This document shows, in pieces, positions 18,611-27,882 of a DNA stretch of 64,000 nt. Both the position numbers and the translations under genes were made by a program. The stretch spans positions 3,029,875-3,093,874 of the forward strand of contig CBDCPK010000005.1 of the NCBI GenBank assembly GCA_965220195.1, given 5' to 3'. This DNA comes from an uncultured Candidatus Binatia bacterium (GTDB taxonomy: Bacteria; Desulfobacterota; Binatia; Bin18). The stretch's first letter is position 1. Each line of letters opens with the position of its first letter. The notes beneath the pieces were generated by a model that saw only the letters and a list, made by a program, of their open reading frames with translations, ran no database searches and was not told where the DNA came from.

Positions 18611-19753
18611 TTATTTTTCAGAGTGCTTAGTGTTGAACACTTCATCCGTATGCTCCCCCAGCTGTGGAGCGCGAGACCGAAAATCGGGCCGCTGGCCGTC
18701 GATCGAAAAGGGTAAACCCATGGCCTCAAGAGCAGTGCCGGGCACCTGGCGAATCATATCCATCGCCTGGGTTTGGGGTTGAGCAATGACTTCAGGAATC
18801 GTCAGAATCGGGGCGCACGGAACGCCTATCGCTTCCAGACGCTCCATCCAGGTTTCTTTGGTCTCTTGAGCCATATGCGCGGCGATTTCTTGTATCAGAT
18901 AATCCCGATGTTCCATGCGGCTCGCATTCGTTTGATAGCGAGAATCGGTTACCCACTCGTCGCGGCCAAGGGCTTTGGCGAGTTTGAAGAACAGCCGACT
19001 ATTGGCGACGCCCAGGACGAGGGGGCCGTTCTGCGTTTCAAAGGCGCCGAAGGCAACCTGACGAGGACTGCCGGTTGCGTGGCGAGCAGGCGCTTTGCCG
19101 GTCTTCTTATATTGGATCAGCGCCGTGCTGACATAGAAGACAGCCGTCTCAAAGAGTGACGTCGTAATCACGCAGCCGCGACCGGTCCGGTCTCGTTTGC
19201 GCAGGGCGGCCAGCGCAGCAATGGTTGTCCACATGCCGGTGCCATAATCGACGACCGAGGTCCCCATACGTACCGGCGGACCATTTTCCTGGCCAGTCAT
19301 ACTCATCAGCCCGCCAAAGGCTTGCAGCAGCACTTCGTAGCCGGGCTTATCCTTGAGCGGTCCGGTATGCCCAAAGGCCGTTACCCCACAATAGACGAGT
19401 GTAGGGTTGCGAGACAGGAGGAGGTCTGCTTCCAGTCCAACTTGAGCGGCGACCCCAGGACGGAGATTATGGAGAAACACGTCGGCCTGTTCGATGAGTT
19501 GATACAGTCGTTCCATGTCTGCCGCGTCTTTGAAGTCGATCACGACTGAGCGTTTGTTGCGGTTCATATTATGAAAGGGCAGGGAGGTGTCATCGACAAA
19601 CGGCGGCCCCCACGCCCTGGCGTCGTCGCCGGTTTCAGGCCGCTCGACTTTAATCACGTCCGCACCGAGGTCGGCCATAATGGCTCCGGCTAAAGGGCCG
19701 GCCAGGTTCATGCCAACCTCAACAATTTTTACTCCCGAGAGCGGCATCGGCAT
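18611..19753 (-). CDS. CoA-transferase family III (CaiB/BaiF-type)
   Basis: N-terminal LSGVKIVEVGxxxAGPxAG signature and family III fold length. Confidence 0.8.
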   Translation of the reverse strand: MPMPLSGVKIVEVGMNLAGPLAGAIMADLGADVIKVERPETGDDARAWGPPFVDDTSLPFHNMNRNKRSVVIDFKDAADMERLYQLIEQADVFLHNLRPGVAAQVGLEADLLLSRNPTLVYCGVTAFGHTGPLKDKPGYEVLLQAFGGLMSMTGQENGPPVRMGTSVVDYGTGMWTTIAALAALRKRDRTGRGCVITTSLFETAVFYVSTALIQYKKTGKAPARHATGSPRQVAFGAFETQNGPLVLGVANSRLFFKLAKALGRDEWVTDSRYQTNASRMEHRDYLIQEIAAHMAQETKETWMERLEAIGVPCAPILTIPEVIAQPQTQAMDMIRQVPGTALEAMGLPFSIDGQRPDFRSRAPQLGEHTDEVFNTKHSEK

Positions 19754-19804
19754 CTCCGTTTCACTGCCTGCGCTGTTTTTGTATGGGCCTGGGATAGGTG
19801 CTTT

Positions 19805-20599
19805 CTACCGTCCCCGAAAATGGGGTGGCCGCTTGGCCAGGAACGCCGCCACGCCCTCACGAAAATCCTCACTCATATAGGCGCGGACAACCAGATCTTC
19901 TCCTAAAATATCCTCGCCGACCGCGCGTCTATGGTGTTGTAAGCGCCGAAGAGCTTCTTTGGTGACCTGGAGGGTCAGGGGAGCGTTCTGAGATATTTCC
20001 TCGGCTATCTGACGAACCTGATGGTCAAGCTGGCCCGCCTCGAAAATCTCATTGACCAGACCGAGTTGCAGGGCCTCCTGGGCTCCGACCAGTCTGGCCC
20101 GAAACATCAGCTCCTTCGTTCTCGCCGGGCCTATGGCATCAATAATACGGGCATGGATGGCCACGCTCAGGCAGTTTCCCAAGGTGCGGGCAATGGGAAA
20201 CCCCATCCGGCTCTCCGGGGTACAATAGCGCAAGTCACTCACCAGAGCCAAAGCCGCACCGGCCCCGACGGCAACGCCTTGAATAGCAGCAATAACCGGC
20301 TTTTTGACACTTTCGAGGCGGCTGATAATCCCTTCGAGTTTGCGCTCGTATTCAATCGCGTCAGAGTCTTCCTTGAACGAGGTAAACTGGCTGATGTCCG
20401 TACCGGAGACAAAGGCTTTGTCGCCAGCTCCCTGCAGGATAAGCACTTTGATGGTGTCGTCCCGGTCAACGATATCGCAGGCTTCCTCCAGCGCGGCGTA
20501 CATATTCCAGGTGAGGGCATTCCGCGCCTCGGGCCGGTTAAAGGTCACCGTCGCTATGGAGCCATCCGAGCCGGTGTGATCGAAAAGGAGTTCGCTCAT
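19805..20599 (-). CDS. Enoyl-CoA hydratase/isomerase (crotonase family)
   Basis: Crotonase fold with the GAGDKAF oxyanion-hole motif. The start was trimmed to the ATG (MSELLFDH) that has an RBS. Confidence 0.8.
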   Translation of the reverse strand: MSELLFDHTGSDGSIATVTFNRPEARNALTWNMYAALEEACDIVDRDDTIKVLILQGAGDKAFVSGTDISQFTSFKEDSDAIEYERKLEGIISRLESVKKPVIAAIQGVAVGAGAALALVSDLRYCTPESRMGFPIARTLGNCLSVAIHARIIDAIGPARTKELMFRARLVGAQEALQLGLVNEIFEAGQLDHQVRQIAEEISQNAPLTLQVTKEALRRLQHHRRAVGEDILGEDLVVRAYMSEDFREGVAAFLAKRPPHFRGR

Positions 20600-20651
20600 A
20601 GGGGCGCATCTTTCCTGTGCTACCGCTCGTGGGAGAGGGACGCGCGGTGCA

Positions 20652-22271
20652 TCATGCCGATGATTGAATGGACAACTGTTCGCCTTCACTCTTGGCCATT
20701 ACGGTTGTGATCGCCAAGTCTCCGGTGACATTCACCGCGGTCCGAAACATATCGAGAATACGATCAACACCGAGGATTAATGCCAGCCCCACAGTCGGGA
20801 TCCCGGTCGAAGTCAGGACGAGGGCCAAGGTAATCATCCCGGCTCCAGGAACACCCGCCGCACCAATCGAGGCCATGGTGGCGGCCAGCACAATGCTGAG
20901 TTGACTGCCGAACGACAGGTCGGTTTGGAATACCTGGGCAATAAAAATTGCCGCAACGCCTTGATAGAGCGCCGTCCCGTCCATATTCACGGTAGAGCCG
21001 AGGGGGAGGACAAAACTCGCCACGGGATTACTCACGCCGATATTCTTCTCGGCGCACTCTATGGAAACGGGCAGGGTGGCTGACGAAGAAGAGGTAGAAA
21101 AGGCGATGAGTTGAGCCGGGCGGGCGGCACGCATAAACGCCGTCCACGGCAAGCGACCGATCAGGTGGACCAGGCCACCATACACAAGACCGCCATGAAT
21201 GGCTAAGCCAAGAACGACCGTACAGCCATACACGAGCAGGGCTGTCAGTACGCTGATACCACTCGTCCCGATCACTTCTGCGACAAGGGCGGCAACGCCA
21301 TACGGAGCCAAGGCCATCACCCAGCCTATGATGACGATCATCGCGTTCTGAAGCTTCTCAAAGAGCGAGACCACACTGGCGCTCTCCTCAGGACCCAGAG
21401 CGGTAATTGCAACACCCAGGACAATAGCGAAGAAAATAATCTGGAGCATATTGCCGCTGGTGAGCGAGTCGATGGGATTCGTCGGGATAATATCAAGCAG
21501 GGTATCGACCATGGAGGGAGAAACGGCGGCGGCGGACATCCGGTCGCCCGCCGCAGCTCCGAACTGGGCGAGTAGTACGGTGCGGTCGGCTGGGTCAATA
21601 AACTGGCCGGGTTGGACGACGTATGCACAGACGAGGCCGATGGAGACCGCGACGGCGGTTGTTCCCAGGTAGAGGCCCAGCGTTCGACTCCCCAGGCGGC
21701 CAAGTTTGCGAATATCGCCCAGGCTAGCCACACCTACAAGAAGTGAAGCGAAAACCAGGGGGACGACGACCATCTTGATCAGACGCATGAATAGCTGCCC
21801 TATGGGGCGTACGACGTCGATCACCTGCTCACCCAGCCGGCTGATAGGCCGTGGGGAAAAAGCAAAGCCGCCTCCCTCCAATGGAGTCCTGGAAATTTGC
21901 AGCCAGCCTTCTACAGAGCCGCCCGGAGAGAGCGCTCCGAGTTGTTGGCGGATGTGGCCGGACTGGTCTGCCAGCGCCAGCCGTTGACTGAAAGGAAACC
22001 GGACTTTCGCCCAAATGGGAACTTCTCTATCTGCTCCAAGAAGATCGGGATGCTGCTCGAATTTGGTTTCGAGCAACCTCATCTGGATCGGGACACCAGC
22101 CGGCATCTGAACGCGAGATGACGCATCAGCCGGATTTTGCTGGAAGACGATCTGCGAGGCGTCGCGAATGGCATAGACATCGTGCGTCAGCAAGAGCGAA
22201 TTGGGACCGAGCAGAAGGCCCACCACCGCGCCAACCGCCATCCCGATGAGAATCTTTGTATAGAGCTGCAT
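20652..22271 (-). CDS. Dicarboxylate/amino acid:cation symporter (DAACS) family transporter with an inserted soluble domain
   Basis: Multiple TM helices and a C-terminal region with the DAACS signature. About 110 aa are inserted after TM1. Confidence 0.7.
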   Translation of the reverse strand: MQLYTKILIGMAVGAVVGLLLGPNSLLLTHDVYAIRDASQIVFQQNPADASSRVQMPAGVPIQMRLLETKFEQHPDLLGADREVPIWAKVRFPFSQRLALADQSGHIRQQLGALSPGGSVEGWLQISRTPLEGGGFAFSPRPISRLGEQVIDVVRPIGQLFMRLIKMVVVPLVFASLLVGVASLGDIRKLGRLGSRTLGLYLGTTAVAVSIGLVCAYVVQPGQFIDPADRTVLLAQFGAAAGDRMSAAAVSPSMVDTLLDIIPTNPIDSLTSGNMLQIIFFAIVLGVAITALGPEESASVVSLFEKLQNAMIVIIGWVMALAPYGVAALVAEVIGTSGISVLTALLVYGCTVVLGLAIHGGLVYGGLVHLIGRLPWTAFMRAARPAQLIAFSTSSSSATLPVSIECAEKNIGVSNPVASFVLPLGSTVNMDGTALYQGVAAIFIAQVFQTDLSFGSQLSIVLAATMASIGAAGVPGAGMITLALVLTSTGIPTVGLALILGVDRILDMFRTAVNVTGDLAITTVMAKSEGEQLSIQSSA

Positions 22272-22279
22272 GCAGCCCC

Positions 22280-23188
22280 CTACGACTCGTTCGCGTCGTC
22301 CCAGGTGCCACGCACGGTTGTCTCCGTTTGTTGTTCGAGGGCTTTGATCGTTGCCAACACATCTTCCTGAGCAAACCCACCCGACTGATAGGCTTTGAGC
22401 AGTCCCTGTGCGGCTGAAGCCATGGTCAGGGGCACGTCCAATTCCGCGCCAAGATCGGTGGCGAGACCCATATCTTTGCAGGCGAGATCAATCGTAAACG
22501 TTGGCGCGAGCCGGTCGCGTAAAATGGCTCTGGTCCCGGACTCCCAGATAAAACTATTGCCGCTGCTGGCTTTGACGATTTTCCACAGCGCATTTGGATC
22601 GACACCGGCTTTAGCTCCGAGAATGAGGGCTTCGGCGCCACCCATCATATGAATAAAGGCCAGCATATTGTTCACCAGCTTGGCGACATTACCCGCACCA
22701 ATAGCCCCGACATGAAACACATTGCTGCCCATGCATTGCAGTACGGACTCACACGAATCGTACACCGCCTTATCCCCGCCAACCATGATGGCCAGCGTGC
22801 CTTTGCGTGCACCGCGCACCCCGCCGCTGACTGGTGCGTCAAGAAAATGCACCCCCTGGGCATTCACCTGTTCCGCCAGTCTTTGAACGACGGTTGGTGA
22901 ATTTGTGCTCATATCGATAATGGTTTTTCCTCTGGCAATACCGGCCAAGGCCCCGTTGTCAGCCAGGACGACTTCTTCGACATGGGCGGGCATGGGTAAG
23001 GAAAGACAGACCACTTCCACACCGGTGGCCGCGGCCTTGGGACTCTCGACCCAGGTCGCGCCATCTTCGATCAGATTGCCGGCTGCCTCTTGTTTGATGT
23101 CATACACCTGAAGGGAATGGCCGGCCTTCAGAAGATTGAGTGCCATAGGGTTACCCATATTGCCTACACCAACAAATCCCAGCTTCAT
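22280..23188 (-). CDS. NAD(P)-dependent 3-hydroxyisobutyrate/6-phosphogluconate dehydrogenase-like oxidoreductase
   Basis: GFVGVGNMGNPMA Rossmann motif and the HIBADH family layout. AGGAGG RBS before the ATG at 23188. Confidence 0.75.
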   Translation of the reverse strand: MKLGFVGVGNMGNPMALNLLKAGHSLQVYDIKQEAAGNLIEDGATWVESPKAAATGVEVVCLSLPMPAHVEEVVLADNGALAGIARGKTIIDMSTNSPTVVQRLAEQVNAQGVHFLDAPVSGGVRGARKGTLAIMVGGDKAVYDSCESVLQCMGSNVFHVGAIGAGNVAKLVNNMLAFIHMMGGAEALILGAKAGVDPNALWKIVKASSGNSFIWESGTRAILRDRLAPTFTIDLACKDMGLATDLGAELDVPLTMASAAQGLLKAYQSGGFAQEDVLATIKALEQQTETTVRGTWDDANES

Positions 23189-23259
23189 GCGATCCTCCTT
23201 TAGTTGTGCGAAACGAAGAGCAAACATGTCCTCCAATAGAGATGGGATGCTGGACATGT

Positions 23260-23811
23260 TTACGCTTTGGATGCTGTGAGGTCTATATGAATACGTAAGT
23301 CATCTGCAATACGGTCGAGCTGGTCTCTCAGGGTCGTCTCAGCAACGTCGCTCGGAACAGCCAGAGAGATCCGCATATGATAGATGACTGTGCCGTGGCC
23401 CGGCTCTGGCTGCGTGGAGGTCTGCATGTGCACAATATTCGCCCCCCGCTCGGCTAAGCAGCGGGCCACACGAGCGACAATGCCAGCTTTATCCACACCG
23501 GTTGCCACAAGTTCATAACCGCGCGTCTCCTCATTGGCACCATAGGGGAGGGGCTCTTCTTCAAGTGGCCGAAAAAAGACGGTCAGACGTTTTTCCCATT
23601 CGAGCCGTTTGCAAGCCGCTGAGAGCCGTTGCTGACAGTCCGGGCTCCGACCCGAGAGGAGGAGGAGCACGGCAAACTCACCCCCCAGAATAGTCATGCT
23701 GGAGTCTTCGAGGTTGCAATCGCACTCGAAAATCAGTTCAGCCAAATCGGCGACTATGCCGGGCCGGTCCCGACCGATGGCGGATAACGCGAACCATTGT
23801 TTCACGAGCAA
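23260..23811 (-). CDS. Tandem ACT-domain protein (GcvR-like)
   Basis: Two ACT-like repeats (IGRDRPGIVADLAE... and ATGVDKAGIVARVAR...). Confidence 0.5.
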   Translation of the reverse strand: MLVKQWFALSAIGRDRPGIVADLAELIFECDCNLEDSSMTILGGEFAVLLLLSGRSPDCQQRLSAACKRLEWEKRLTVFFRPLEEEPLPYGANEETRGYELVATGVDKAGIVARVARCLAERGANIVHMQTSTQPEPGHGTVIYHMRISLAVPSDVAETTLRDQLDRIADDLRIHIDLTASKA

Positions 23812-23838
23812 TTCCTTGGCGTCTGTGGACGGTAATGA

Positions 23839-24612
23839 TTATGCGCGTTGTGCCTTTACGGCTTCAACCAGCTGACTGAGGATGGAAGCTGACGTTCCGC
23901 GCAGGCTCAGCGTGCATAGGGGAGTTAATTCGCTTTCGTATAAATTTACCTCGATCAGCGTACCGCCTTTCTGGCTGACGGCAATGGGAAAGCCGGCGGC
24001 CGGATACACGGTCGCCGAGGTGCCGGCGACGATCATACAGTCGCACAACTGCGTTTCGCTATAACATCGCTCAATCGCATCTTGTGGAATGGGTTCACCA
24101 AACGAGACGGTGTCGCTTTTGAGAATACCGGAACAGTTGGGACATTCCGGCGGCAGCTGGTGCAGGGGCACCTCGGCGCCTGGAAAGCGAGAGTTGCAGG
24201 CAATGCAGCGCACCAGAGTATAATTGCCATGGATTTCGATGAGGTGCCGGCTGCCGGCTCGCCGGTGCAGGTTGTCAACGTTCTGCGTAATCATGCTGCG
24301 CAATATGCCCATGTTTTCCAACTCAACCAACGCAGTGTGCCCGGCATTCGGCTCCGCCGTGCCCAGGGTCTGCCATATCTCCTTGCTTGGTCCCGAGGGT
24401 GATAAGCGCTCTTCCCAGGCTTTCTTTGGGTCTTGGAGAAACAGCTCGTAGCCATTCATGGGCGGCTCTCCATACTTTGTCCACAAACCGCCCGGCCCAC
24501 GAAAGGGTGGAATCCCGCTCTCAACAGAGATACCGGCCCCGGTCATGGCCATGACATATTTAGCCGAAAGAAGGTGCCGCGCGGCTTCCTGAATTATTTC
24601 GGGCTCTGCCAT
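23839..24612 (-). CDS. cobB: NAD-dependent protein deacylase (Sir2/CobB family)
   Basis: GAGISVESGIPPFRG NAD-binding motif, a Zn-ribbon (CxxC...CxxC) and the catalytic His. Confidence 0.8.
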   Translation of the reverse strand: MAEPEIIQEAARHLLSAKYVMAMTGAGISVESGIPPFRGPGGLWTKYGEPPMNGYELFLQDPKKAWEERLSPSGPSKEIWQTLGTAEPNAGHTALVELENMGILRSMITQNVDNLHRRAGSRHLIEIHGNYTLVRCIACNSRFPGAEVPLHQLPPECPNCSGILKSDTVSFGEPIPQDAIERCYSETQLCDCMIVAGTSATVYPAAGFPIAVSQKGGTLIEVNLYESELTPLCTLSLRGTSASILSQLVEAVKAQRA

Positions 24613-24655
24613 ATCTCACCTCTGTCTTGTTCAGCGCTACGGGCCTCGTCTCCGC

Positions 24656-25414
24656 TCACTTGCCCTGCCAATTCGGTGCCCGTTTTTCAGCAAAGGCGAG
24701 GGCGCCTTCGCGGGCATCCTCGGTCGCTTGCAACTCATTATAGAGCGCGCGTTCTAATTTCAGCCCTTCCTCAAGGGGCACATCCAGACCGCGTAAGGAG
24801 GCTTGCTTGATATGCTGCACGGCCAGCGGCGCGCTCTTGCAAATCTCCTCGGCGATCTCTTCACACTTGCTCATAAGCTGGTTCATGGGGACGAGGTGGT
24901 CAACCAGACCGAGACGGTAGGCTTCTTCCGCGGAAATACGCGCGCCGGTATACAGCAGCTCTAAGGCCCGTCCCAGAGGAATGATTCGGGGTAAGCGTTG
25001 CGTCCCCCCGCCGCCCGGCAGCCAGCCCAGGCGGACTTCACCAAACCCGAATTGGGCATGTTCCGCAGCCACGCGGATATCGCACGCCAGGGCCTGCTCC
25101 AGGCCGCCACCATTGGCGTGGCCGTTGATTGCGGCGATGATGGGTTTATACAGGTCGAACAGGGTCGGGAAGAGATTGGTATTTTCGTTTTTTGGACGAT
25201 TGACATAATTGGACTTTATGTCACTCCCGGCACTAAACGCCCGCTCCCCGGTTCCGGTCATAATAGCGACCCGCAAGTTCGGATCGTCCCGAAATTCGGT
25301 CCAGATATCGGCCAGCATATTATAGGTTTCAAAGTCACAGGCGTTGAGGCGTTCCGGGCGGTTAATGGTCACATAGGCAATATGACCTTTTTTCTCAAAA
25401 AGCACTTTTGACAT
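24656..25414 (-). CDS. Enoyl-CoA hydratase/isomerase family protein
   Basis: Crotonase fold. The start was moved to MSKVLFEKKG, which has a GGAAGGAGGG RBS. The longer ORF would read through the G-rich intergenic repeat. Confidence 0.8.
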   Translation of the reverse strand: MSKVLFEKKGHIAYVTINRPERLNACDFETYNMLADIWTEFRDDPNLRVAIMTGTGERAFSAGSDIKSNYVNRPKNENTNLFPTLFDLYKPIIAAINGHANGGGLEQALACDIRVAAEHAQFGFGEVRLGWLPGGGGTQRLPRIIPLGRALELLYTGARISAEEAYRLGLVDHLVPMNQLMSKCEEIAEEICKSAPLAVQHIKQASLRGLDVPLEEGLKLERALYNELQATEDAREGALAFAEKRAPNWQGK

Positions 25415-25439
25415 AACTCCCTCCTTCCCATCGTCAGCT

Positions 25440-25552
25440 ATCAGGTGAGAGGTCAGAGAGGCAAGGGGAAGAGGGGGTAGGGTGAGGGGATTGGGGATTA
25501 GGGGTTGGGTGCCTGTCCCCTCTCCCCTGGCGGGTGAGGGGGATTGAGAGAT
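25440..25552. repeat. G-rich low-complexity intergenic repeat (GGGGA/GGGTG motifs)
   Basis: Runs of GGGGAAGAGGGGG, GGGGATTGGGGATTAGGGG and CCCCTCTCCCCTGG. Similar C-rich motifs occur at 16141-16205 on the opposite strand. Confidence 0.4.
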
Positions 25553-25557
25553 ACAGT

Positions 25558-26109
25558 CTATGTTAATGAGATAGCGTTCCATTGAACGCCTATTGGCGAG
25601 ATGACATCGTGAACCTTAGCAGTCTTGGATAGTCTTTTGAGCCTGGTTTTCGCCTGGCAGTATACAATTTCGCAGCTTTGGCGAGACTCGTCGTACTCCC
25701 AAATTTCCACATCTTTTGGGATCAGGTGTTGGTACGTTCGTATATAGTAATGCGTAAGGGTCTCCTTTGTTCTTGGTCTCTCATGGCGGAGAACAAAGAG
25801 TATCTTTCGATATTTCCTTGGGCCGCAATAGAAGTAGTACATCGCTTCGTTCCAAACCGTCATCTTTGCGCTAGGAACATTCCCGCTGGAAGTCCATTTA
25901 TGAGACTTGCACTCGACGAGCACAGGCGGTTCTTCAGAACCAAGGTCAAAAGAATGAGGCTTCTTTTGTCTGTAAACGCCAACATCTATAGAAAAATTCT
26001 TTACAACGTGAATACCTCTTTCCGCTAATACGGCCATGGCCAATTGTTCAAAATCTCTGCCAACACGGGAGTTGCTGGTTGAACCGATTCTTTGAAAATT
26101 CTCAGCCAT
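25558..26109 (-). CDS. Orphan PD-(D/E)xK-like nuclease-fold protein, hypothetical
   Basis: FDLGSEEPPVLVECKSHKW resembles the D...E-x-K core. The gene is clearly AT-richer than its neighbours. GGAAGGAG RBS. Confidence 0.45.
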   Translation of the reverse strand: MAENFQRIGSTSNSRVGRDFEQLAMAVLAERGIHVVKNFSIDVGVYRQKKPHSFDLGSEEPPVLVECKSHKWTSSGNVPSAKMTVWNEAMYYFYCGPRKYRKILFVLRHERPRTKETLTHYYIRTYQHLIPKDVEIWEYDESRQSCEIVYCQAKTRLKRLSKTAKVHDVISPIGVQWNAISLT

Positions 26110-26113
26110 AATA

Positions 26114-27004
26114 TTATTCGGACTCCTTCCTGGGCGCTTCGAATCGTTGCACTTCTTGCTGCTCCTGCCTGACCTGCTTTTCGGACTTGACCTGAACGAC
26201 GGACGCCTCCGCTACCCGCCTGGCGACTATAATAAATCCCGTATGTGCGACCATACGGTGTTCCGGGCGTATGGAGCGGTCCTTGACATGCCAGAATCGC
26301 AGCATGTTTTCCATGACCTCTACGCAGGCAAACCCGGGATCCGCGTGGAGCGCATCTACCAGCTCCTTGACTTGCAGCACCGTGGGGAGATAGCCGACGA
26401 GCACCCCGCCAGGCCGGACGACTTCTCGTGCGTGGGGCAGGACCTGCCACGGCTCCGGGAGGTCGACCAGGACGCGATCAACCTCCCGAATCGGCAAACC
26501 CTGATAGGCATCAGTTTGGGCTACTATCCAGTTTGGCGTAGCGCCAATAAAACGTCTGACGTTGTTGCGTGCCATCTTGCAATGGTCGGTCCGAATATCA
26601 ACGGTGAGTAAACGTCCCTCCGGCCCTATGGCCCGAAGCAAAGCGATACTCAGAGCGCCCGGACCTGATCCAACCTCAAGCACCCGGGCACCAGGGAAGA
26701 CATCTCCCCAGAGCAGGATAGGGCCAATATCTTTAGGATAGATTACCTGGGCCTGGCGAGGCAGATTGGGAATCAAGCGCGCATAGGTTGGTCGCAATAT
26801 GCGGAATCTTTCGCCTTGACCAACTTGGACCACACTTCCTTCTACAAGCCCAATAAACTGCTCAGCAGGAATATTCCCGCCACGCAGCGCAATAATACTA
26901 CCGGGATGCAGGATACGAATATATTCGCGCTCTTTCTGGTCAACGAAGAGAACGCTGTCGCCCGGCTGCAGGATCGCCCGATCTGATACGGACGGCGGCG
27001 TCAT
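26114..27004 (-). CDS. trmI: tRNA (adenine58-N1)-methyltransferase TrmI (Gcd14 family)
   Basis: SAM-binding VLEVGSGPGALS motif and the Gcd14-type N-terminal domain. GGGGGGAGG RBS. Confidence 0.7.
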   Translation of the reverse strand: MTPPSVSDRAILQPGDSVLFVDQKEREYIRILHPGSIIALRGGNIPAEQFIGLVEGSVVQVGQGERFRILRPTYARLIPNLPRQAQVIYPKDIGPILLWGDVFPGARVLEVGSGPGALSIALLRAIGPEGRLLTVDIRTDHCKMARNNVRRFIGATPNWIVAQTDAYQGLPIREVDRVLVDLPEPWQVLPHAREVVRPGGVLVGYLPTVLQVKELVDALHADPGFACVEVMENMLRFWHVKDRSIRPEHRMVAHTGFIIVARRVAEASVVQVKSEKQVRQEQQEVQRFEAPRKESE

Positions 27005-27132
27005 CCTCCCCCCTGCAGCGTTCGCGTGCCCCTTCCGATAAAAAATATAAGTATTTGATTTTGAAGGATAAATTTAACATTCATATGGCGACGGTACCAC
27101 GCGTGTCACAGACTGACAAGAACCCTTCACCC

Positions 27133-27162
27133 TTGACAGTCAGGCAAGCTATCGCCTATTCT
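27133..27162 (+). promoter_or_regulatory. Sigma70-like promoter (TTGACA-18-TATTCT)
   Basis: Consensus -35 and a near-consensus -10 with 18-nt spacing, about 30 nt upstream of the small zinc-ribbon gene pair. Confidence 0.4.
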
Positions 27163-27188
27163 GGCGAAATAATAGCGGAGGAAAGAAC

Positions 27189-27371
27189 ATGGCAGAGAGA
27201 GCGAAAACCGCCCAAAAAGACAAAAAATCCGACTCACAACAAATATGTCCAATGTGTGGAGCGACCAGTCGGGTCGTGCAGTTTGCCGGATTCGGGAAAA
27301 AAGGGTTCTATTGGGTGTGTGAAAAGAACATAGAACACGCAGTCACAACAAGCTCAGTCCGGAGTCTGTAA
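27189..27371 (+). CDS. Small zinc-ribbon protein (60 aa)
   Basis: CPMCG...C...C motif. GGAGG RBS. Confidence 0.4.
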   Translation: MAERAKTAQKDKKSDSQQICPMCGATSRVVQFAGFGKKGFYWVCEKNIEHAVTTSSVRSL

Positions 27372-27704
27372 ATGCCGCGGGCGAAGCAAGCTGAGAAGAA
27401 GCGTGCACTAGGGCTCTTTGACGAAGAAGAGCACGGGGAGGATCTCGACGAAGAGGAACTTCCAAAAGACGAAGCTGGACGACGCAAGATAAAAAAGCGC
27501 TATGAAGAACTCCTCGGGATTCGGGTCTCCAAGCTGCGTGGACGCGTGTTGAATCGGGAGCGGATCAATAAGACTATTGAGGGGATCTATTTTATCTGCG
27601 CGCGCTGCTCTCAGATATGCCATAGCCTGGATGAAGGCATTGTCGAAGATCCTGATAATACTGAAAATCTGTGTGAAGCGTGCGCGACGAGTAGGGCGGA
27701 CTGA
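27372..27704 (+). CDS. Zinc-ribbon protein with acidic/basic N-terminal region (110 aa)
   Basis: CARCSQIC ... CEAC four-Cys ribbon. Its start abuts the upstream stop (TAAATG). Confidence 0.4.
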   Translation: MPRAKQAEKKRALGLFDEEEHGEDLDEEELPKDEAGRRKIKKRYEELLGIRVSKLRGRVLNRERINKTIEGIYFICARCSQICHSLDEGIVEDPDNTENLCEACATSRAD

Positions 27705-27882
27705 ACAATCGTAGAGAGTCTTGCCGTTCTTCCTGCCATTGGCAGGCTGTCTATCCCTTGCACATTCCCGTGCAATATACTAGCAAGAATGCAGCGGCGA
27801 CAGGTAGCGTATCGGGCGCCGCCAGCGTCGTGTTTCCCGTGTACACGTTCACGAGGACCCCCTCTGAATTCCAGGAAGTCGC

